A stretch of DNA of 12,054 bases from Nitrospinaceae bacterium (GTDB lineage Bacteria > Nitrospinota > Nitrospinia > Nitrospinales > VA-1), in assembly GCA_046754465.1 (NCBI GenBank), contig JBHHVU010000078.1, positions 1-12,054 on the forward strand, given 5' to 3'. This document shows, one piece after another, positions 1 to 7,272 of the stretch. The notes below the pieces were generated by a model that was not told the DNA's origin, ran no database searches, and saw only the letters and a program-made list of their open reading frames with translations. Both the position numbers and the translations under genes were made by a program. The stretch's first letter is position 1. Each line of letters opens with the position of its first letter.

Positions 1-332
1 GCTGCCGCCGCTATCAAACCATCACAGGCCGGAACTGTTTTGCCTGATTTTTGCGAGGATGCTGTTAAATCACCCCAAATCCTGACGGTTTCTATGTCAA
101 TGGACAAGATGGAGTCAGAAAAATCTCTCTCCAGTCCCTGCACCCAGGCGGTCAGTTCCTTTTTACGCTTGCCGGTGCGGAGCAATTCTATGCCCTTTAC
201 GATTTCACCAATCGTGATAACACTAAGAAACAAATCCGCGCTGTTAAAAGTCTGAACGGCGTTCTTGACAGCAGGGTTCCCCTTTTTTTTGCGGATTTCT
301 GACAAGACACAGGTATCAAGAAGAACTCTCAT
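1..332 (-). CDS. vapC: VapC/PIN-domain ribonuclease toxin (3' end runs off the window)
   Basis: Absent from the ORF track because it is truncated. Hand translation of the minus strand from ATG at 332 gives MRVLLDTCVLSEIRKKKGNPAVKNAVQTFNSADLFLSVITIGEIVKGIELLRTGKRKKELTAWVQGLERDFSDSILSIDIETVRIWGDLTASSQKSGKTVPACDGLIAAA. It has the PIN motifs LLDT, S-x-IT-x-GE and D-x-LIAA. The start overlaps the antitoxin stop (ATGA, 329-332). Confidence 0.93.
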   Translation of the reverse strand, partial: MRVLLDTCVLSEIRKKKGNPAVKNAVQTFNSADLFLSVITIGEIVKGIELLRTGKRKKELTAWVQGLERDFSDSILSIDIETVRIWGDLTASSQKSGKTVPACDGLIAAA

Positions 333-568
333 AGATCCGTATTCCGCACAGGGGATTGATCGCGGGACAGATCAAGGCCATCCAATGAGGGTGCGTTCAA
401 GATATAATCCTTGAAGGAACTTTTCTTCCCGGTGAGTTTTTTATATTGGTTTTCTTCTATGATGATAAAAGATTGATCGCGCCGCACCACCTTTTGCGGC
501 CCTTCAAGAAGAGCCTTGTTAATGACTTCGCTAAACTTGTTTTTGGCCTCTGCCAGTTTCCATTCCAT
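329..568 (-). CDS. Phd/YefM-family antitoxin (partner of VapC)
   Basis: 79 aa. The N-terminus WKLAEAKNKFSEVINKALLEGPQKV is typical of Phd/YefM, and the C-terminus LDLSRDQSPVR is typical of VapB-type tails. SD-like AAGGA upstream; translationally coupled to vapC. Confidence 0.92.
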   Translation of the reverse strand: MEWKLAEAKNKFSEVINKALLEGPQKVVRRDQSFIIIEENQYKKLTGKKSSFKDYILNAPSLDGLDLSRDQSPVRNTDL

Positions 569-581
569 GATTTTAATCCTT

Positions 582-629
582 AGCTAGATTATCTAGCTTT
601 ATTGTCTCACTTTTATCTGCAAAGGGCAA
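582..629 (-). promoter_or_regulatory. sigma70 promoter and operator palindrome of the phd-vapC operon
   Basis: Minus strand TTGCCC (629-624), 17 nt spacer, GACAAT (606-601) preceded by TGn (extended -10). A perfect inverted repeat AGCTAGAT-T-ATCTAGCT at 582-598 covers the expected transcription start. Confidence 0.7.
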
Positions 630-668
630 GCTTGTCTCCCCTGCCCCGCTTCCCGGTGCATCGGAGCC

Positions 669-1016
669 TTATAAATTCAGGGCAGGTTGTTCCTTTGCGA
701 TCGGTCTTTTCCGTTTCGCCGGAAGCCTTACTTTCATGTTAATGTCCGCCTCTGGCTCCAGCTTATTCAGAATGGTCATGAGCCGGTCAATAGTGAACCT
801 TTTAAGGTCTGCGTTTCGGATGCGGGAAAAGTCCGCCGCATGTACTTTGGTTTGAGCTTGTGCTTTCCGTACAGATAATCCCTGGCTATCGAGGGCTTTG
901 ATAATTTCAGCGCTCAATATAGCCTTGGCCTGTTCCACGTCTGGATTCGGGAATCCCGCGTCGCGGAAAACGTTGCCGCTCCCACGGGTAATTTCTATTT
1001 TTTCGTCCTTGGTCAT
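669..1016 (-). CDS. XRE-family (HTH_37-like) helix-turn-helix protein, antitoxin-like
   Basis: 115 aa with GSGNVFRDAGFPNPD...KA, an HTH region and SRIRNADLKRFTIDRLMTILNKL. This pattern is characteristic of HTH_37 antitoxins normally found downstream of Gp49/RelE-like toxins. Confidence 0.85.
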   Translation of the reverse strand: MTKDEKIEITRGSGNVFRDAGFPNPDVEQAKAILSAEIIKALDSQGLSVRKAQAQTKVHAADFSRIRNADLKRFTIDRLMTILNKLEPEADINMKVRLPAKRKRPIAKEQPALNL

Positions 1017-1022
1017 TTATTT

Positions 1023-1316
1023 CTATGCTGGTTGAAAACGTGCAACGTTAATTTTCTTCCCGGTCTGCCGCATGCGAGCGGTATCGTAGAGGGCTTGCAT
1101 ACGGAGAAGAAAATCCATTTTTATATCGAACCCCTTTTCCAGCCTTAGAGCCATTTCCGGGGACAGAGCCGCTTTGCCATTGAGAAAATCAGACAAGGTT
1201 GCCCGCCTCACACCAAGAACTTCTGCGGCCTTGGTTATACTAAGGTCAAGCGGTTCCAGAACTTGTCTATGGATAAACTCACCCGGGTGTGAAGGCATCA
1301 TTCCTATATTGCTCAT
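1023..1316 (-). CDS. higA: HigA-family addiction module antidote protein
   Basis: Motifs PSHPGEFI...[39 protein letters not shown]...LLRMQALYD. One-base overlap (TAATG) with the higB stop. Confidence 0.95.
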   Translation of the reverse strand: MSNIGMMPSHPGEFIHRQVLEPLDLSITKAAEVLGVRRATLSDFLNGKAALSPEMALRLEKGFDIKMDFLLRMQALYDTARMRQTGKKINVARFQPA

Positions 1317-1600
1317 TAGTGGTAATCCTCCAAATTTAAATCGTGTATTTCCTCATTTTGTATTTCAAAGGTCATCCGCCAGTTGCCTGTTATAGTTATG
1401 TTCCACTGTCCTTTTCGGTCTCCGGTCAGTCTGTGGAGCTTCCATCCCGGTAATGTTGGCATGTCTGCAAGGTTATCAGCGACCAGCAAGGCGGTGATAA
1501 CATCCCTGATTTTATTTACTTTCTCAGCGGGTAGCCCCTTGGGATCGTTCTTTTCAATGAACCGTTTCAAACCTCTGTGACGAATTTTCCTTATCTTCAT
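1316..1600 (-). CDS. higB: HigB (RelE-superfamily, plasmid-maintenance killer type) toxin
   Basis: Motifs IRHRGLKRF...[28 protein letters not shown]...LEDYH. The C-terminal DYH and the toxin-before-antitoxin order are typical of higBA. Confidence 0.95.
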   Translation of the reverse strand: MKIRKIRHRGLKRFIEKNDPKGLPAEKVNKIRDVITALLVADNLADMPTLPGWKLHRLTGDRKGQWNITITGNWRMTFEIQNEEIHDLNLEDYH

Positions 1601-1635
1601 CTATTAAGTGTACGGTTTTAGCGTACGAATGTCAA
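1601..1635 (-). promoter_or_regulatory. sigma70 promoter for higBA with overlapping operator; predicted leaderless transcript
   Basis: Minus strand TTGACA (1635-1630), 17 nt spacer, TACACT (1612-1607), then only 6 nt to the ATG at 1600, with no SD. Inverted repeat GTACG-N7-CGTAC at 1610-1626. Confidence 0.8.
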
Positions 1636-1701
1636 GCTCTTATTTGAAAGCTGTTTCACCCTTTCTGCCTTTCTATATGGAGGGTATTTCTTTAACAATT
1701 G

Positions 1702-1756
1702 ATACAATATATTGTATGATTTGATCCAATCTACTAAATTAGATGATATTAGTAGA
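1702..1756. promoter_or_regulatory. Two AT-rich inverted repeats, possible operator sites
   Basis: Perfect 16-bp palindrome ATACAATATATTGTAT (1702-1717) and TCTACTAA-N11-TTAGTAGA (1730-1756). Function not established. Confidence 0.4.
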
Positions 1757-1838
1757 AAATTAGTATTTCGCTTGTAACCGGAGTGAACGGTAAATCCCCC
1801 GACCCGCTAACCCAATTCCCACCAAGCCACGGCCCCTG

Positions 1839-3344
1839 ATGATCGCTACCCTCCTGAGAATCCTGATATTCGCTTATGCCTTCAACGCATTTTCCCTCAT
1901 CACGGCGGACAGCGACCTGTGGGGACACATCAAGTTCGGTGAGGCGGCGTGGTCCGAAAAAGCCCCGCTAAAAACCGATCCTTACTCCTACACCGCACCC
2001 GGCGCGCCCTGGGTCAACCACGAGTGGCTGACCGAAGTTTTGTTTTACCTGATCTATAAGGTTCTGGGCTCCGGCGGACTCCTGGGGTTTAAGCTCTTGA
2101 TCGGACTGTCCATTGTTGCCCTTTTAACCCGGCTGGCAGTAGAAAAGGAAAACAATATATTCATTTACTTCCTGATTTTTGTTCTTCTCATCCCGGTACT
2201 GGCACCCGGATTCATGGCCCGCCCGCAACTCATGAGTTTTCTGTTCATGACCCTGCTTGTGGTCCTCCTGCACAAATTTTTCGATGGCCAGCGGGGGGTC
2301 CTCATATGGACTCCGCTTCTCATGATTTTCTGGGTGAATTGCCATGGCGGGGTGGTGGCGGGTATCGGACTTTACGGGGCCGTGACGGTGAGCGGGTGGA
2401 TCCGCTGCCGGATCAGCGGGGGCCCACATGGAAATATTCTGCTGAAATATTTTGCCTTGTCCTGTGCAGGGCTTCTGATCAATCCCTGGGGATATCAACT
2501 CTGGCAATTTTTTTATCAGTCCCTCACCCTGCCGAGGGCCATCGCCGAATGGGAACCCGTCACTTTATTCAATGCCAGTTTCCCGGAATTCAAGATCATG
2601 GTCCTGCTGTTTCTCGGATCCTTGGCGATCCCCGGCCGCAAGCGGATTTGGGAAATCGTGATGATCGCCGGGGCCCTATACTTCGCGCTCCAACACCAGC
2701 GCCACACCGTGCTCGCCGCTATCATCATGACCCCATACCTCACCGCTCAAGGGTCTCGGCTGGCGGACAGGTTGGAGCCGGGAAAATTCTTCCGCATCCC
2801 ATCTTCTCCCTGGATACGGGCGACCATTCAAGGGACCCTGATCCTTTTAATCGCCCTGCAGGTCTTCGGCGGGTTCAGCAAATACCGGGTAACCGGTTTC
2901 AGGATACTCGTCGAACCGGCGATTTATCCCACCTACGCGGTCCAGTTCATGGAGGCCAACCGGATCGACGGCAACCTTCTCGTCCCCTTCGACTGGGGGG
3001 AATACCTGATATGGAAACGGCCCGGCTCCAAGGTATCCATCGATGGCAGGTTCCGCACCGTTTACCCGGAAAAAGTGATACAGGAAAACGAGGATTTCGC
3101 GGCGGCCCGCCCAGGGTGGCGGGCGATGTTGGAGAATTACCCGGCGGACATTGTTATTTTGCGCAAACCGCAACAGACCCGGCATCCGTTGAAGGGAGAG
3201 AAGGGATGGATGAAGATATATGAAGACCCCCTGGCAATGATATTCATAAGGAAAACCACACCCCCGGGACCGATAGAGCAAAAAGCGTTGAGCCGGGACC
3301 TCATCCGCCCCACCCCCCCACCGCCCCTGACCTTCCCGGGATAA
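1839..3344 (+). CDS. Polytopic membrane protein, putative GT-C-fold glycosyltransferase
   Basis: 501 aa with many hydrophobic segments. A first loop D-x-DLWGH...DPYSYT...WVNHEWL, then RPQL, W-x-N-x-HGG, EW, and a soluble C-terminal domain with WGEYLIW...IDGR. The topology and acidic first-loop residues resemble GT-C enzymes; function is inferred. Confidence 0.7.
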   Translation: MIATLLRILIFAYAFNAFSLITADSDLWGHIKFGEAAWSEKAPLKTDPYSYTAPGAPWVNHEWLTEVLFYLIYKVLGSGGLLGFKLLIGLSIVALLTRLAVEKENNIFIYFLIFVLLIPVLAPGFMARPQLMSFLFMTLLVVLLHKFFDGQRGVLIWTPLLMIFWVNCHGGVVAGIGLYGAVTVSGWIRCRISGGPHGNILLKYFALSCAGLLINPWGYQLWQFFYQSLTLPRAIAEWEPVTLFNASFPEFKIMVLLFLGSLAIPGRKRIWEIVMIAGALYFALQHQRHTVLAAIIMTPYLTAQGSRLADRLEPGKFFRIPSSPWIRATIQGTLILLIALQVFGGFSKYRVTGFRILVEPAIYPTYAVQFMEANRIDGNLLVPFDWGEYLIWKRPGSKVSIDGRFRTVYPEKVIQENEDFAAARPGWRAMLENYPADIVILRKPQQTRHPLKGEKGWMKIYEDPLAMIFIRKTTPPGPIEQKALSRDLIRPTPPPPLTFPG

Positions 3345-3356
3345 GGCCATCAAGGG

Positions 3357-3396
3357 GGCAAATCCGCTCTTAGCACCAACTGGAATGGGATTTGCC
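3357..3396 (+). terminator. Inverted repeat just after the GT-C-like gene
   Basis: GGCAAATCC (3357-3365) pairs with GGATTTGCC (3388-3396). The loop is large and the U-tract weak. Confidence 0.3.
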
Positions 3397-3682
3397 TGAT
3401 TGATCTGATTTAAAATTCGTCTAAACGGCCTTTCCCGTGCAGTCTGTCAAAAACAAAATCACCACTCCCCATTTATCAAATTCGGCTTCCATCCTGTCTT
3501 TCCTGTAATCCTGTCCGGATTTTCATTTCCTTCCCTCATGGGAAGAATAAGGATGAAGGTGGATTGACGGAAGGAATGGAATAGCCGGAATGGGCGTGAA
3601 TCTGAAATGCCGTCCATTCAAGGGAAGTTTTTTTAAGTTATAGCTAAGGGAGATTTTATGACCCCTTTGCGGGGAATGGGGC

Positions 3683-3721
3683 ACGAGGGGGTCAGCTGGT
3701 GAGGTTGACCCCCTCGTTTTT
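3683..3721 (+). terminator. Strong hairpin with U-tract (intrinsic terminator-like)
   Basis: ACGAGGGGGTCA (3683-3694) pairs perfectly with TGACCCCCTCGT (3706-3717), plus one G-U and one C-G pair; T-run at 3717-3721. Confidence 0.6.
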
Positions 3722-3836
3722 CAGGGATAATTCCGATTTTTCCAACTCAGCCTTGGTGGAGGATTAGGAGTCAGGCAATCAAAAAGATTCTCCCTGAAAA
3801 TTATGATGATGGGCAGCGCCTAAGATTATTTTTCGG

Positions 3837-4058
3837 TCAATCTTCGGAAAAGTAAAGGTCCTCGAAACTCATTTCGCCGGAACCCGTCTGCGGGGATGAT
3901 TTTTTGGTCCCGCCGGGTTTGGCTTTCATTTTTTTCTGATTGCGCAATTTGATTTTCTGATTAAAAAAATCACCCCAATAACGTTGACTCAAAGACTTGG
4001 GGGAGAAGACCTTTTTTACTTTTCCCTGGCGATCCAAAATTTTTACCTGGTGAAACAT
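3837..4058 (-). CDS. Small basic hypothetical protein (73 aa)
   Basis: GGAGG SD (4071-4067) lies 8 nt before ATG at 4058. Sequence MFHQVKILDRQGKVKKVFSPKSLSQRYWGDFF..., Lys-rich with an acidic C-terminal tail. It resembles small hypothetical proteins I recall from Nitrospina. Confidence 0.75.
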   Translation of the reverse strand: MFHQVKILDRQGKVKKVFSPKSLSQRYWGDFFNQKIKLRNQKKMKAKPGGTKKSSPQTGSGEMSFEDLYFSED

Positions 4059-4342
4059 TTGACATTCCTCCACGCCCCCCGAATCCCGATGCTCGATTCA
4101 GAAATGGATGACTTTTCAAGTCCTTTTTTGTAAAGGGTCTGAAATGGGGTATCATAGGAGAAAGCCCATGGTGAATTTGCGCTCCTTTGCATTTACGGGC
4201 GAAAAATATCCGGACCCAAGAAGTCTCCAATTCCCGCTTTGATTCTCGATAAATGAATATGGAATCTCTATTTTTAGGATGCCCGTCAACCCGTTTGGTT
4301 TCTTCATTTCCACGTCAATTTTATAGTAAAGGGAGAAAAGCC

Positions 4343-5161
4343 TTGAAAATCCTTACTTCCGTTTTTTTTGTATTGTCCCTCATTTTCGCGTCCGCTTGTG
4401 ACCGGGAACTGAAAGAGCACCCCATTCCGGAAAGCCTGAAAAAGGAACTGGCGCGAAAGAATGATCCCGCCGTCAAGGCCAGCGAAATCGCCGGAACGAT
4501 TCTTCTGGACAAAAAATATGCAAAAACCGTTCCTCAAGCAGCGAGAGTGTTTGTCATCGCCCGTCCGGAAGGGGTCACGCAGGGTCCGCCCCTCGCCGTC
4601 AGGCGATTCAGCATGGTCAAATTCCCGCTTCAATATAGTATCGGCCCAGCGGACGTGATGCTTGAGGGGAATAAGTTTGAGGGCCCGATCACCCTCACCG
4701 CCCGCCTGGACCATGATGGCAACGCCATGGCCGGGCCAGGGGATATCGAGGGAACCCGAACGGCCCAGGCTGGGGACAAAGAGGTGGTGATCATGATGGA
4801 CCGCATGATCGAACCGGATAATAATTACATCACGGGTGTGATCCGTATCGACCCGGATCTGGCGAGCAATTTGCCTCTGAAATGGCAATTATTTCTCATT
4901 GCCCGGCCCGAGGGGACCACCGGGGGACCCCCGTTGGCGGTAAAACGGCTGACTGAAATCTCATTCCCTCACCAATTTACCCTGGGACAGGAAAATACCA
5001 TGCTGCCGGGGGCGGTTTTTGAAGGCAAACTGAAAATCACCGCCCGGCTGGATTTACAGGGCAATGCCAAGGCCGATCCGGGCGACATCGAGGGAACGGT
5101 CACCGTCAAGGCGGGGGACGAAAAGGTGGAAATCGTGCTCAACAACCGGGTTGGTGGGTGA
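4343..5161 (+). CDS. Lipoprotein with two tandem CcmI/CycH C-terminal (Ig-like) domains
   Basis: Likely TTG start at 4343 after an AAGGGAG SD (the ORF track starts at 4253). Signal peptide with lipobox ASA-C. Two copies of F-x-IARPEG-x3-GPPLAV...FP...ML-x-G-x2-FEG...ITARLD-x2-GNA-x-A-x-PGDIEG, matching the CycH C-terminal pattern. Confidence 0.75.
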   Translation: MKILTSVFFVLSLIFASACDRELKEHPIPESLKKELARKNDPAVKASEIAGTILLDKKYAKTVPQAARVFVIARPEGVTQGPPLAVRRFSMVKFPLQYSIGPADVMLEGNKFEGPITLTARLDHDGNAMAGPGDIEGTRTAQAGDKEVVIMMDRMIEPDNNYITGVIRIDPDLASNLPLKWQLFLIARPEGTTGGPPLAVKRLTEISFPHQFTLGQENTMLPGAVFEGKLKITARLDLQGNAKADPGDIEGTVTVKAGDEKVEIVLNNRVGG

Positions 5162-5163
5162 TG

Positions 5164-6705
5164 TCAGGAGGGTTTGTTCGAGAAACGCGCCAGAACGGCC
5201 AGAATGCCGGTCAAAAGAATACATGCGTAACTGAATACGTCGCCGTAGCGGGAATAATAGGTGGGCCGCGAGGTTTTGGGTGAAATCTCGGTCAAAACCA
5301 GGTCCTCTTCGTACAATTTGGTGGTCCGGCGGATTTTTCCGCTGGGGCCGATGGTGCCGGAAATCCCGGTATTTGCCGCCCGGACGATAGGGACCCTGTT
5401 TTCCACCGCCCGCAAGGCGGCCATGCTGATGTGCTGATACGAGGCCGCGCTGCGGCCGAACCAGGCGTCGTTAGTGATGTTCACCAGAAACTCCGCTCCG
5501 TTTTTCACCGGTTGGCGGACCAGGTCGGGGAACGTGATTTCATAACAGATGGATACTCCGAACCGGCGGTCCTTCAGGTGAAACACCGTGGGATGGGTCC
5601 CCCTCCCGAAATCCCCGATACCCACCACCAATTTATTGATAAACCATAAAATATTTTGAAAGGGGACATATTCGCCGAAAGGAACCAAGTGTATTTTATC
5701 GTACCGTCCCAGAATTTTCCCGGCAGCATCCACCAGAAAAGCGCTGTTGAAATAGACCGATTTGCCATCGAGAACTTCCCGGTAGGGGCTTCCCAGGAGA
5801 AGAGGGGTCCCGGTGGTCCGGACCATCTCCCTGAGGGCGCCGGACTCTTTCTGGTCCGATGGAAAATAAAAGGGGATGGCGGCTTCCGGCCAGACCACGA
5901 GGTCGGGATGGGATTGGGCCGCCTTCAGGGTAAGGTCCCGGTAGGTCTTCATCACCTGGTTGCGGAAAAGCGGATTCCACTTGATTCCCTGGGCAATATT
6001 GCCCTGGGCCAGGCCTACCCGGAATTGCGGCGCTCCGGGTTGGTTTTGGGTCAGCCCGTTCAAGGCCGCCGTCCCATAACCCAGCCATAACGCCAGAACC
6101 AGAACGGTTAGAGTCAGCACCCGGACCCGCTGACTTTTGGGTACATCCGTTTTTCCGTCCGCGATCCAGGCGCGCAACAAAAAATATATTCCCGCGTTGA
6201 CCAGTACAATCAACGTGGATATGCCGTAAACTCCCGTGAACTCTGCCATTTGAATTACAGGGAGGTTCTTGAACTGAGAGTAACCGAGGCCCAGCCAGGA
6301 GAATCCATATTCCGGGTGGGTGGATCTCAAGTATTCCATGGCGGTCCACGCCGGTGGGGCCAAAAGGAAAAAATATAACGAGTTGCCGCGGGCCAGTCTC
6401 TGGACAAGGTAACAAAATAGGGCGAGGAATAAACTCAGGTAAGCCGCCAGGAGGAGCAGGACCCCATAACTCAGAATGGTGGGGATGTTTCCATAGTTGA
6501 CCAAGGTGTTGGTCACCCAGTGGAGGCCGAAAAAGTAAAATATAATCCCGGTCCAGAACCCGTAAAGCGAGGTCCGGGGAAGGGGCTGATCCTGAATGGC
6601 AAAAAAGAGCGGAACCAAGGCAAACCAGGCGAGGAATTCCAGGTTGAATCGTGGAAAAATCAGGATCAGCATCAAGCCGCTGAGTGTGGAAAAAATCCAC
6701 GGCAT
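5164..6705 (-). CDS. lnt: Apolipoprotein N-acyltransferase
   Basis: Membrane N-terminal half; QGNI, WPE, YDKIHLVPFGEY, ICYE (E-K-C triad), ITNDAWFG, RAVEN and RAANTGIS motifs. Start uncertain: ATG 6705 or GTG 6738. The 6810 start in the ORF track overlaps the divergent gene. Confidence 0.97.
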   Translation of the reverse strand: MPWIFSTLSGLMLILIFPRFNLEFLAWFALVPLFFAIQDQPLPRTSLYGFWTGIIFYFFGLHWVTNTLVNYGNIPTILSYGVLLLLAAYLSLFLALFCYLVQRLARGNSLYFFLLAPPAWTAMEYLRSTHPEYGFSWLGLGYSQFKNLPVIQMAEFTGVYGISTLIVLVNAGIYFLLRAWIADGKTDVPKSQRVRVLTLTVLVLALWLGYGTAALNGLTQNQPGAPQFRVGLAQGNIAQGIKWNPLFRNQVMKTYRDLTLKAAQSHPDLVVWPEAAIPFYFPSDQKESGALREMVRTTGTPLLLGSPYREVLDGKSVYFNSAFLVDAAGKILGRYDKIHLVPFGEYVPFQNILWFINKLVVGIGDFGRGTHPTVFHLKDRRFGVSICYEITFPDLVRQPVKNGAEFLVNITNDAWFGRSAASYQHISMAALRAVENRVPIVRAANTGISGTIGPSGKIRRTTKLYEEDLVLTEISPKTSRPTYYSRYGDVFSYACILLTGILAVLARFSNKPS

Positions 6706-6782
6706 GATGTTTTTGGCAGTTTGAACTGGGTTTTTCACCGAGATTAAGTTATATTGGTAAACGGATTTAAAGATCAAATAAA

Positions 6783-7049
6783 ATGAGAGGCTTTTCAGCC
6801 TTGAGTGCACATAAAGAATTAATCGACAGCTTCAAAAAAATATGTATTTGCAGAAACGTCAAGGCCAGCACCATCATGAAGGCTATTCGTGAGGGAAGTT
6901 TGACCTTCGAGGCGTTGCGTCGGAAAATTGGCGTGGGAACGGGTAATTGCAAAGCCAAAAGATGCCGCTCCAATATAGAAAACCGGATCAAGACATACAA
7001 GAACGGCCAGAAAGAGGAGGTCCAACCGGTCGCGGGCAAAGAAGTTTAA
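6783..7049 (+). CDS. BFD-like [2Fe-2S]-binding protein
   Basis: ICICRNV...I-x2-AIREG...L...G-x-GTGNCKAKRC gives C-x-C...C-x4-C. The true start may be the TTG at 6801. Confidence 0.85.
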   Translation: MRGFSALSAHKELIDSFKKICICRNVKASTIMKAIREGSLTFEALRRKIGVGTGNCKAKRCRSNIENRIKTYKNGQKEEVQPVAGKEV

Positions 7050-7272
7050 CTTTTCCCGGGCATTCTATCCCTAAACACCCGCAAGATCAATTCATCCTGG
7101 CGATTTTGGAAGGCAGGATGTTCCCCCCTCAAGAGACCCCAGGGGTTTTCCTTCAGCGGAAGGCCTCCGCAGGCAATTTGTCACACTTTATATGGCTGAC
7201 CCGGATCGACAGGCGATTGAGACTGGACCCGTTTCCCACCGGGCGTGGCCCGTCCCGCATTCCAGAGACCTT

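Noticed and set aside
40..255. 71-aa plus-strand ORF
   Set aside because: Antisense shadow of vapC, which has clear PIN motifs.
630..668. Possible integron attC site between TA modules
   Set aside because: No RYYYAAC...GTTRRRY ends or long imperfect palindrome, and no repeat at the other module boundaries.
2306..3223. 305-aa alternative-frame ORF within the GT-C-like gene
   Set aside because: Arg/Pro/Gly-rich off-frame translation typical of GC-rich coding DNA; no motifs.
3970..4230. 86-aa minus-strand ORF
   Set aside because: Overlaps the better-supported small gene in another frame; no recognisable features.
5159..5166. Functional link between lnt and the convergent lipoprotein (stop codons 2 nt apart)
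   Set aside because: Lnt acts on all lipoproteins and the genes are on opposite strands, so adjacency alone is not evidence.
5696..6700. 334-aa alternative-frame ORF within lnt
   Set aside because: Off-frame shadow of an intact lnt; no sign of a frameshift.
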